Source of the DNA: Balanoglossus misakiensis
Taxonomy: Eukaryota; Animalia; Hemichordata
Assembly (NCBI GenBank): GCA_040954595.2
Contig: CM082580.2
Span: forward strand, 7,852,390-7,916,389
Length of the DNA: 64,000 bases
Direction: 5' to 3'
Part shown: in pieces, positions 15,698 to 26,995 of the stretch
Position numbering within the stretch: position 1 is the stretch's first letter
How the letters are laid out: the number at the start of each line of letters is the position of its first letter
Notes under the pieces: model-generated
What the model saw: the letters and a program-made list of their open reading frames with translations, nothing else
What the model was told of the DNA's origin: nothing
Database searches by the model: none
Position numbers and translations under genes: made by a program

Positions 15698-18600
15698 GGA
15701 AGTAGTTAATGAATGTTTAACTTTAAGTTGAAGTATTTGAATCATAACCCTTTTTCGTCTTCTGAAGTATGCGGACGAGCTAATACATTACCGATAGGGG
15801 CGGGTATCAGCTGGTTATTAAAATTTGGCGGGAACATATAAGTAAATAATTGAACAAATAAATAAAATACTGTTAACAAAAAGAATATGGTTACCTCTAT
15901 TTAAAAAAAAAACCGATGTGCGACCAAATTTAAACGCGAGTGCCTGCGTCTAATATTAGGGCGCATTTTTTATGTGCAATCACGAACGGCCATTTCTCGC
16001 AGACGTTGTTGGTGCTATACTGAAGCTGGAAGGATACACGTCATTCCGGCTGATTTGCAAATATTTATTCGAAGAAGATCTATCATTTACCAGTCATAAA
16101 CCGAGGAAGAAATTACATGGTGGGGATTTTTTTAACATTAATGTTATCTCTGGAATATTAATGTTATGTGTACATCGCGTATTGTGTTAATTTTAATCTT
16201 CTAATAATGCGAGTTATGACTTTCTTTATGTGATTTGGAAATAAATGGGTATTATTGGTCGAGTTTTTTTTGTGGATTGTGGTGTATGTGAGTAGAGTTC
16301 AATTCTTTGATGTAAATGCAAATGTTTCGAAGGATCTGAGGCAGCGAAGGATAAATAAATTTGCTTCTCAAAGTATAAAGAGCCAATTGTAGTATATATT
16401 TTTTACATTTGGGTATTTTGCTCTGTGTGCAGACTGATTGAAAGCATGTCAATGTTAGGTCTGCAGAGTCCATATTGCCTGCATACCTTGACGCATCTGT
16501 GTGCGCCACCAATCGATAGCTAGTGAAATTCTCATTTGAGTCGCAAAGGAACAGCTGCGCATGCCGTATCAGTGAGTCGTGTATTTATAATCAAGCGTGT
16601 AAAATGAGATTCTGCTCCCTTATTCTCCTCGACGCCTGCTTCAGATTATCCACCCCACTCCACCCCCGAATCAGTGTCCCCGGTGCATCCTTCAGTAATT
16701 ACCGTACATCAAGCTTGCATTGGGAGAGGGTTGTACCACTGTCAGTCCACACAGTGACCGTGGTTGTACCGAGAATAAAATTAACATACAATTTTCGTAT
16801 TTGCATACTAACAGTAGGCGACCAGGAGTCCAGACGGTCGTGTCGGAGATGCGTACAGTTCCGTCGGTTGTCTTGCCGTTCATTCGGAATTCAGGCAGAC
16901 ATTCGTAGTGTTGGGATCCTAAGACACGAAGCATTGGATTTTCCACAATTTTACCTTTATTTAGTAACCGCAATTCATGAAATCCTGACACAAGCCTTAG
17001 TATATGCGACCTTACGTGTGTACACAGAGTGTAGTGTGTCGTCCGAATTTGGCATTTTTTAGGTTCACCAGCGCAAAAGGTAAGGACTTCTGTTTATTCA
17101 TGTTAATCGTGTCTTCTTTTGGGATAGGACTCCAGCTATGTTTTCATCACAACATCCCACGTTTGCGTTCGTTGACATTGATGAAATCTATCTCTTGGGG
17201 TTGAATCCATTGATTTACATGAGTTGCAGACGACGTAGCAGTGCTCACAAATGCACACCTGTTCGGTATGACATGATCACTAATTTATGCAAAACTTTGA
17301 TGGTGGCCGGGTGTTGAATTGTGCATCTAAAGTCCACACCATGCGGTTTTGTTTTATATGTATTAGTAAATAGTAACCCCAATGAATACAATGTATTATG
17401 TTATTCGACTCGTATCCTGATCCAGGGCTGCATGGCCGGGCTGCCAGTACGGAGGCACTTATCAATAATTTTTCAATTAATGGCTCATTATAGGAAATGA
17501 TCAATTTACGCGCTAGAGATAGTACCCACAAACGTTTTTATAATGATTACGACGACATCTTACTTTCGATTTATGTTTTGCTATGTCAAGGTCAAGTGGT
17601 GTTGTTAAGGTAACGATGAGGCGTCGGTGCCGCCATGTCTGAAACGGTCTTGAAATTGTTGACTCAATACGGTAAGTATCCCCGTATAATAATATAATGA
17701 CGTTGTATCGACGAGAATTAACTTTAGTTTCCGTTTGCATTCTGTACTTTTAAGAGAGATATTCTCATCATTTTTCGTGCTACATCAGTCATAAAAGTGT
17801 CCACCCTAAAACACATTTTATCGTCTGCTATCATCGGTGCGACTAACTACGAACACTGGTGGCGCTCTAGGCCTACATCCTCATCACCAAATCACGAGTG
17901 GTTTACGTGAAAAACAAGGCTTTACAGAAAAATAACGTTCGATGCGATGAACCAGGCATACCAATACGCCTTCAGCAGAATGAATGTCACCCGTCTTTTT
18001 TTTTTACAGAAATATCGGAAAATACTTCGTATGTCAACATTAAAATTCGACTGACTGGGATCACGTGGTTAAAAGTCAAGCGTGGAAGGATCAAATTAGA
18101 CGTGTCATTCCAAGACAGGTAAATTTGTATTCTTTCTATACACATCTAGGCCTAAACTATTAGGATATACACTGTGACAGAGGGCCCAATCGCTCAATCT
18201 GCTCCGCTCCGCCATTTTGACTCGGCACTGACACTTAACTGACTCCAGCCTATTACGTTAAAAAAAGCGACCGATTTTGAGTTCTTATGGAACTGATGAT
18301 TTCACTGATACGTAGACTCTTTCGTGTCGTGTCTCTTCTTCTTCCCTTGAAATTCTAATCTATCGATCGACAGATCACTGAGTCTGCTTGTCATGGGGGA
18401 GTTAGGAAATTACAAACTACCAATCAACGGGAAAGAACTGCATAAAGAGATTGTTGGAGACTCTAACCCAACAAGAAGCATTCTCAGAAGACGATACAGT
18501 CGATATACGGTAAAAGGAGACAACTTAGATTGCAATTGCATGTACTTTGTATTTTTTAAAGAACTTGAAGATTGTATAAATTCAATATCAAGCTATGCGC

Positions 18601-20521
18601 CCCAACGTCTAAATGAAAAAAAGTAACCATTAACTCACATCAATCAACATCGTCAGTATTTCTTTGATGCCTAATGCATGATTTTTAACAGGTGAATGAA
18701 AATTATATTACGTTGACTCTTCGCAAACAAGTTCCGGAGTTCTGGATGAACAGAAATAATGAAGTGATCCTATTGGCTGAAAGTGGCGACAATGGTAGTC
18801 AAGGTAGCGGAAGTGACAAGTAGTGGCCTTGCGAATATGGTCGTCGTGTTGGAGACAGAAGATACATTATGTAAACTCAGCGAGGAGACTGGAATTTCCA
18901 CCAATTCAAAGCTTGAATAATACTATATATGTAAATGAGATTTTAATTCCGACCTGCAACAGTCCCAAATGCTGTAGGCGTGTAAAGTTATTGACATAAT
19001 TAGTTTGAAAACGCTCCAAGAAGTGATCCCTAACGCGTCGACGTTTCATTTGAGGAGACTTACTTGGTTTCACACGCACAAACATTTCATATGCGCATGT
19101 CTGCTTATAGTAACACAACACTCGACATGCAGTGAACATCATGTGTATATAGTATATAGGCCTAAATATATAAGCCCGATGTACGAAAAAGAAAACAGCG
19201 ACCATTGTGGCGAAGAGAAATTTCACTTTTCACTCTTTGTCCCGTTTGAGATCATATGCATCGAATTTGAGAAACTTTTAATATACTTCTCGGTAGTATT
19301 CATTGGTTGATTTTGCCCCCCCCCCCCACCAACCAATAAAGTTCCGGCACAAAGACACGAACGATATTGCTGTGTTGTTTTGGATTCGAAAGTTGGCTCA
19401 ACGTTATCGCGACTCATTTGTTTCCATGGATACCATAATGTCTATCGGGATGGAGTTTAGTTCGGTCGTCACGAGTCCCAGTGTTAAGAGACAAGTGCGA
19501 CCGTAAAAAGGTCGCAACTGGGATCAAACCAGGAAAGCACAGGGTAATTAAAGGAACCAGAAAAAAGGGATAGTGTCAAACGAATATGACGCAATTACGT
19601 TGCCTGGTACCAGTCGGGTCACTTGACAAAGCTGATCTTTTTTCTTTCCACCGGCATCGCAATAAACGTCCAATATTTTTAATCTGACAAGTGACTCGTT
19701 TCATCAGAGAACTTCTCGCCGCAGAACTTGACGTTCCACTGGTTGTTTTATAGCTTGCCAATTATCTTTAAAGTAATTAATTGGAGTCATGTAACTTTAA
19801 GTGGATAATGACGAGATGGCATGATTGATTAGCTGGTCATTACAGTTTTGAGTCCGGATCCCTGGATCTGTCTGGGAAAGATAAGAATCGTGTAAAAAGG
19901 ATGTTACTCTCGATGGAAAGAGGTGAACCCGAAGGTCTCAAACCAACTGTTGTCGAATAGTTTATAATTAATGGCTAATCTTTCACGGGAAGGCATAAGA
20001 CTAAACGTAGATGTAAAGAGGCAATAGATGTATCTCTCAACATGTCTCATTCTACTAGGTGTGTTTGGACGCCACGCAAGACGAACGTGCAGCTTAGATT
20101 TCAACAAATAAATAACTTACAACGTCGACTTTTGAGGCACACAGACAATACGCCTGAGTTTGATCGACATGGCCCATCGCCAAGGACTGAAATACATGTA
20201 ATAATGTTTTCAAGGACAATATGGATTAGTGCAGGAATGTAAATGTATTTGAAAGAAAAAATACCGGGATTTTTTGCTCCCTCTCACTTTTAAAATAGAC
20301 AATATTGTCTCCCCACCAAAAAAAGTGTTCGGAGGGTATCAGTGCTGGTCTTATTCCATTAGCAAAATGCAATTTCACAATTATTACCCTTGTTAGAAAT
20401 TAAAGTTTGAGTGGTCGATATGAAGTTTAAAACATTTGCGGTATTATCTAATTCTCTGAACGCATTGCAGTCACGATTTTCATAAAACCACCGAGGGTTC
20501 CGCGCATTAGCATTTGTGGGA

Positions 20522-20738
20522 ACCACGTGACTTTCGCGCCGACCAATTACGTACAGCTCCCAGACTGGGGCTATTGAGATCTCTGTCTGATCTGAGTGAG
20601 GCTGTCATGTCAGTACACAAAACGAGTAAAAAATGACCTAAAAATATGGATCTTTCTACATAAACTCAGTAATTTTTACACGCATAGGAAGAAAGCAGGA
20701 TGTGTATGCATGCTAGGAAGTCGAAAAATTTGCGACAG
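20522..20738 (+). promoter_or_regulatory. Putative promoter and non-coding first exon of pore-forming protein paralog 2
   Basis: ACCACGTGAC 20522-20531 and CCAAT 20543-20547 (same 11-nt spacing as at 12552), donor CAG|GTAAGA at 20738/20739. A further candidate UTR exon lies at ~22765-22821 (TTCCAG...CTG|GTAAGT), with acceptor TTCACAG ending at 23484. Confidence 0.5.
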
Positions 20739-23509
20739 GTAAGAAACACATCATGAACTGTTCACCGGAAAAACACCGGAAATTTCCGACAGTTTCACCA
20801 TGTTTGACTACTAACAGATAGTGATGGAGCTAAATTGCGATTTATTTTAAAACGGCTATAGCTTTTTGCGTATTTTTTAGAAAACAGTAAAATTTAGGAA
20901 CCCTAAGTCTTGTTAAAATTTGCCGATCTGCCAATGACTACGTATATACATGTACTTATTTCCACAGCCCGTTTTAAGTTCCATCCATTGGCGGCCAACG
21001 CCCGTACATGTACGTAAAACCGAAAATATCTCCCAGTAATGCGAGATAAAATTAATTTTATACAATGCGAAATGTTTATCTAACACTAGTCATTTGCTTA
21101 CTTTCACACGGCTGTGTATAAGTCAAACGTATCGGTAAAACGGAAACAAAATGATTTTGTATTGTCTGCTTTTGCTAGCAATGGTCGCCATATCGTGTTG
21201 AACATAGTAAGGCCCGGAAAATATCAATTGAAATTATGTTTCACAATGTAATCTTCATTGTCCAACGGTAGGCTGTCACACTGACATTATACTCGAGATA
21301 TTATGCACAGAAAAACGGTGGAATATTGCAGAGACGAAAAAACAACACATATATCAAATTTTTCGTTGTGGTATTCTAGTAAGAGTCAATTTCATTGTGT
21401 TTCGTGTATTTGAACATCTCACACAACGAATTATCAGAGTAGCTTTACATATGATCGAATACATTATGGCATTTCATAGTGGGTCACTCTCCAGAGGAAT
21501 TATACCAGCCCCCTATGACTTATTGGTGTCTCCTCTGTCGCTTTTACACGTATATATGTCGATGAATCCACGTCACAGCCCGGCTGTGTGGCTCAGCGAT
21601 AATCCAGGTATTAACATGACAGCCTCAGTGTGCCTAATTCTTGTTTGTCTGATCTGTCCGTATGTATTCGCTGGCGAGAGTGTTGAAAATTGTGGGATAT
21701 TCCGCCAATCGATTTATCAGTTTGAACGTCATTTTCACCCATTTCTCATTTTCTGTAGTGAATAATAGTATGCAGATTTGAATTCTCTTTGCACCGAGGA
21801 TAGGCGTTCATGTTGTGCCAATTGGTGTATTGTTCATAACGCCAGGGAACATAGTCTCTCATAATTCCGACGACATTTTTGAATTTCTGCAGAGAAAGCA
21901 TTTAGGTCTAAGTTAGCTCGCCAGAAAAAGTTCAATAGTTTTGATGCTTTATAGTACGAAAAACAGTAAGGTATACCACAACGTAGGAACCCATTTTACT
22001 AGATCGGTTTTAGGTGCAGACCCATTATGACCGAGATCAGCTGAATTTTTAATGCATTTCTTGTTGAGTTTACAAAATTGGATTTTAATGAAGTGTCCCC
22101 TGAGGTCTATACAGCAACCAGTAATTCGGGTCCCTGGCAACCATGCAATTATAGGTGGGTCATTCTCTCCCGATACCATCTGTCTCCTCGTTTTCACTGC
22201 CACAGAATCGTCGCTCTACAACGCTGCTCGTTGACCCCGGCTGATAACACAGAAGGGGTTAAAATCTCTACCAGCCAACCAACGAAGATTGTTTTCAGTT
22301 ATGGACTATGCACTTAGGCCAGTCACTGCGCAATGTTGGGTAGTTGAAGGTCTTCCAAATTAAAAGTCCCCGGACACTTGAACAAAAGCCGTCCGGACAT
22401 GACAAATCGGCTGACGTCATCCCATGGGGGTTCCAGAATTGCCACTGCACTTGGAGAACTAACTGCCCGTTAATGTATCAAAACGTTTAAAGAAACACCA
22501 CTATCACTGAAACATCTAAGTGATCATAGCTTTCATCCTCTGAGATCATAATCTTTGTCAGACGGATCCAGGGATGGTCGGACCTTGGTGACTTATTGGC
22601 CAATCAGAATTGGTTTGGGATGTTATTTATTCCCGTGTGGAGAGGGGAGGGGGGTTTCAGGAAGAGTTACACTCAATACATTTGATGAAACATCTCTCAC
22701 TTCTTTACGAAGAAAACCTAACTGCGAGATAGCCTGAACCCGATTTTTTAAACATTTTTTCCAGGCATCTTAGGAAAAGGGAAAGAAAGGGGAAGATCAT
22801 TCTACTCAAGGACATCGGCTGGTAAGTACATGTAACTTTTCGGAAGTTTTATTTGGTTTTTGTTTCAAATTGGGGCATACTTCTTGCTGTCAACCCTGTT
22901 TCAAAGTAAGTCATCCTAACGGCTCGTGCTATATGTCTCGAATTGTACCAAATCTCATCTCGGGGGTTATTGCTTAAATATTCATCGAAACTATAATTAC
23001 CTTCATTTGCAACACACTGGTGGAATTGATCATGGAGTCTCAAGAACAATGGCCAAATCATGATTATAAGCTTATTACTTCAGTAATAAAACTAGCGCTC
23101 AATTACGCTATGTAATCATGCATGTTAGCCAACAACGTCATCAAATATTACAGATGCCATCTGTCACGTTTTGGTACCGAATTATCGATGTGCATCCACG
23201 TTTCGATCCTGATAAATAATTCCCGACTGTCCCGTTTATCGTTAATGTGTCTGTCTGGATCAGTTGATAGCACCAGACGCTTTTGGACCAATTTGCCATG
23301 AGCTTCACTTGTTTCAGGATTGAAATATATTCGTCTAATGGAGAGTGCGAGGGGCGCAGCTTTTGTTTAGAATTAATAGTCTGGATTCATTAATTTTCAC
23401 AATTTGATTCTGGCAGGCAATTTTTGAATTTTGTCTCGAAAATTTTGATCCATTTTCAAAGAGTTTCCATCGTTTTATTCACAGATTGATCATCACCACC
23501 ACCATCATC

Positions 23510-24307
23510 ATGGCAGACGGTAACATGGCATTGGTTCACATAATCGAAGATATTGAGGAGATCATCACAGACTGGGCCCTGGAGAAGAGAGACAGCGACA
23601 AGTACACGGTGCAAATTGTCAAAAACGGTCTCAAGTTCCACCAGATCGGCGACATGAAGTACACACCGATCGAGAAGAGCAGAGGGGACAGCAAGGAGAA
23701 CAACGGCGCGTGCGCAGAGGTGAAGCCCGAGCGCCGTTGCAATGACGTCTACACGACGACCTTCTCCAACAACACGGACTGTCAGCAAAGTCACCACTTC
23801 AAGACGGAACGGTGCTTAAAGACGACCTACAGCTGGTCGATGACGAGCGGGAAGACCTTCTCCTCCCGGGCCGGCATCGCCTTCACGCCGCCGAATTCGT
23901 GCATCGAGGCCAGCGTGGAATTCAGCAAGCACGCCTCGCAAGAAAACACCGACACACACGTCTTCGAGAAAAACCGCAGCAACGCGCTGGAATCAGACAT
24001 CCAGGTCAAACCCGGGAAGAAAGTCACTGTCGTCATGAAAATCGAGGAAGAGGACATCATGGCCGAATATAAAGTCAAGTACCGCATCGAGGGAGGGGTC
24101 AAAGTTTTAATTTCGAACAACAGAGACAGAAAAGACACCATCACCAAAGTTGGACAAGCACATAACATCTTTGAAGGAATGCGAGGGTTCAAAACCGTGG
24201 TAGCAACAGAAAATGGTATGGGATACGCAACCTTTGAAAACAAGGGTGTTTTTATCTGTAAACGAGAAATTAATCAATCATTAGATTTCCAACAGGAAGA
24301 CATCTAG
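23510..24307 (+). CDS. Aerolysin-family (ETX/MTX2-like) beta-pore-forming protein, paralog 2, 265 aa
   Basis: Single-exon ORF collinear with paralog 1: MAD, WAL, KYTV.I.KN, TT.FSNNT, HHFK.ER..KT.YSWSMTSG.TFS..AGI...PP, EED..A.Y.V.YRI.G, GQA...F.G..GF, GYA.F.N.G.F..KRE. No signal peptide. Confidence 0.8.
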   Translation: MADGNMALVHIIEDIEEIITDWALEKRDSDKYTVQIVKNGLKFHQIGDMKYTPIEKSRGDSKENNGACAEVKPERRCNDVYTTTFSNNTDCQQSHHFKTERCLKTTYSWSMTSGKTFSSRAGIAFTPPNSCIEASVEFSKHASQENTDTHVFEKNRSNALESDIQVKPGKKVTVVMKIEEEDIMAEYKVKYRIEGGVKVLISNNRDRKDTITKVGQAHNIFEGMRGFKTVVATENGMGYATFENKGVFICKREINQSLDFQQEDI

Positions 24308-25050
24308 CATTCCATGGCCGATTACCGAACTGTCAAATTCACTATTTTGCAGTGAATTGTGAGTGGACGGGTCATATACAAATTCACAGTACTTGGATAC
24401 TGAAGAAAATAAGTTGGTACTTTGATCTTATGGCAATTGTTGCTGTGCTTCGGTGTGTAAGCTCATCAGACCTGCAATATTAATTGTTCTGTTTCTCAAA
24501 GCCTTAGATCTCCAGTGTTAGGATTGCAAATATTTCTTCGGAGTATACAACAAGTATTGTTACGACATTTAGATCAAGTAACTTCGTATAAAGTACAGAA
24601 CCGAACTTCTGAATATAAGTGCAACTTTTATGTCATACATTATTTTTCATTGCAGTGTACAATAAAATATTTGCGTGATTAAAATGTAGTACATGTACAT
24701 GTAATTTTGAAACACTTGGCACGCCGTACTCTTTAGCCCCTCCCATCTTGTTTTTGATGACCAAAGCGAAACCATGGAAAATGCGGCTTACCTCAGTTTC
24801 GCTTGAGTTGTTGCCCGAGAAGATTGCATTCCAATTTTGGCGAAATTTATTCAGTCTGTGACGTAATTTCATAGACCTGGGAGAATTGTATAATTCTTTC
24901 TGGGAAAATTTCCTAATGACTTGACTGAACTAGGTAAGCGTCTACGTCTTATCGCATTTTCCAAACAAAGTAAAATAGAATAGGTGGATAGAGGGCGTGC
25001 ACAATATGCTAATTTGATTCGCAAGTTTCTGCATGATTTATGCATCTAAA

Positions 25051-25211
25051 CGCCATTGGCTAAACAACTACAAGCCGGTATATTCTGATGCAACAACGCG
25101 TGCCTATGATTTACACACAAGTCAGAGACTCAGACACTACAAGCAGCCGAGGAGTCACCAACGTCACAAAGGTATCGATTCACACCTCTTCGTGCCGTTC
25201 AGAGAAATAAG
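25051..25211 (+). promoter_or_regulatory. Putative ASNS promoter and non-coding first exon with a C/EBP-ATF response element
   Basis: Inverted CCAAT (ATTGG) near 25055, TGATGCAAC at 25086-25094, and donor AAG|GTGAGT at 25211/25212, upstream of the ASNS acceptor TTACAG near 26981. Confidence 0.5.
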
Positions 25212-26093
25212 GTGAGTACTTGAGCCGTCGATCTGGCACAGCTGACTTCACTGAATCATGTGCGCCCTGAAAAGTGAAATGTTGTTTATGTCATACATGT
25301 GCAGACACAGCTAAAGCGTTTATGCAACGGTTGTCAATCTGGAAAAGGTGTGTAGCTACAGCCGAGTCTATTTTATTATTGCATTAGAGACGAAATCATG
25401 TAAGAACTTTAAACGATCGGAGAACTGATTGCGAATCAACATGCATGATCTAAGCGTGCGAATGATGTAGAGTGTCAACGTGGGAAATGAGTGGGTCCGT
25501 GACAGCTTTGAACAACATGTACCAACACTGTACCAAATGACTGAAATGATTTAAGTGTATGTACATTTTCCCGTGACAGTGTTGATTCGGAATTCGCCCT
25601 AGTATGATTCTATTCAGTTACCATATTGAAAGTCGTAACCATCAATTTCACTGCAAACAGCTGGTTGCCAAGGTCACTGAGGTTAGAGAAGTTGTAATAA
25701 AGTGGGCGTGTACGTACGCGATGATACCCGTCGCGTCGATGTTTATCCTGTATCTTATCACAGAAAACATTTTGTTTTTGGTCACTTCCTGGTTTCAACA
25801 GAAGTGTGGCGAACTCGCGAATCTCTCAACAAAACCACAGACATAATTTCACCATGCTGTCGTGTCCAATGGAGAAACACGTGGTGCATCAGTTGCCAGC
25901 AAAATAGTACTCATTTGCATCTAGCGATTGTTGAATAACAATCGATAGTTTTCGCATATGCTTTTCAAAAACAACATGAGTACATTAATGAAACGCCGCA
26001 AATCTATCGTTTCCGATTTGTAAATTGTATGCCAGCGCAGATATCTCTGAAAAATTCGCGACCTCCCCTCAATAATCAAGAAGCGATATCGCT

Positions 26094-26117
26094 GGGGGGG
26101 GGGGGGGGGGGGGGGGG
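26094..26117. repeat. Poly-G run (24 nt)
   Basis: Uninterrupted G run read directly from the sequence. Confidence 0.95.
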
Positions 26118-26995
26118 CTCCTTGGAAAGTGAAGCATTGCGATTGGTCAGTTTCTAATTAATGCAACCTATAGATTGGACGGTCTTAAATTTATGTAAGT
26201 GTTGTGTAACACACCACACGCTCAGTGAGTGCGATGTATAGTGTAGAAAGACCTTGAGATATTCATCTATGACAGTCCTGCAGAATCAGGATGCAATATC
26301 GTATTGTGATAAACAAGTTTGTTTTGCGAGAATTATCAGCCAGAAGAGGTGTTTTGCTGACTCGACCACCAAGGTTAAGGAGCAGGTCATCTGATGGCAA
26401 ACAAGAAGTTCACAGATTGTACTTGTTGTTTGAGACCAGGGCAAGTAAACACGCCACTCTCAAAGGAAATTGCGGATTTTCAGTAAACAGTGTTCACTCA
26501 GTGCTGTGGTGTTGTTTATTGTCAAACTTTGTGATAGATGGGATGACAGTGGCCCACACTACTGGTGATCTAAATAAAGCATGTCTGCATTAAATGGCCT
26601 CCGATCAACGCCAACACATTGTATTGCATCATCCAAATTGGTACTTGTAATTTATACATCACATTGTTCACACTTCTATTCACAGTCCTTTGCCCAGTGG
26701 TTGATTGATTGACAGTATATCTCGATACAGCTGTTTCATCCACATACGGGAATAAATAGCCAACATATGCATACACTCATGTCTCTAATGTTAGGTTGTA
26801 GTGGCACCATTTAAAAAATATTTATTAAATTTTTCATAAAATATCATGGCAGTGTATTCTGCAATTCTGTATAACTGAAATATAACAGGAGTTTGCTCTC
26901 TTTGGTTAAAGTTGAATACTTTGTCGTCCAATTTCTTGTGAAAAAAAATATTTGGGATGACACGCCTTTAATTTGTTACAGTCAACACAGCCAAG

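Noticed and set aside
14849-15745. 298-aa antisense ORF and 193-aa alternate-frame ORF overlapping pore-forming paralog 1
   Set aside because: Shadow ORFs produced by high GC3 codon usage of the real gene; low-information translations, and no equivalent full-length ORF is conserved in paralog 2.
16523-17062. 179-aa ORF between the pore-forming genes
   Set aside because: GTG start, no recognisable domain and no codon bias; likely a chance ORF in CpG-rich DNA.
18160-18175. U12-type donor-like ATATCCTA on the minus strand
   Set aside because: Deviates from the RTATCCTT consensus, and no matching U12 branch site or downstream coding exon was found.
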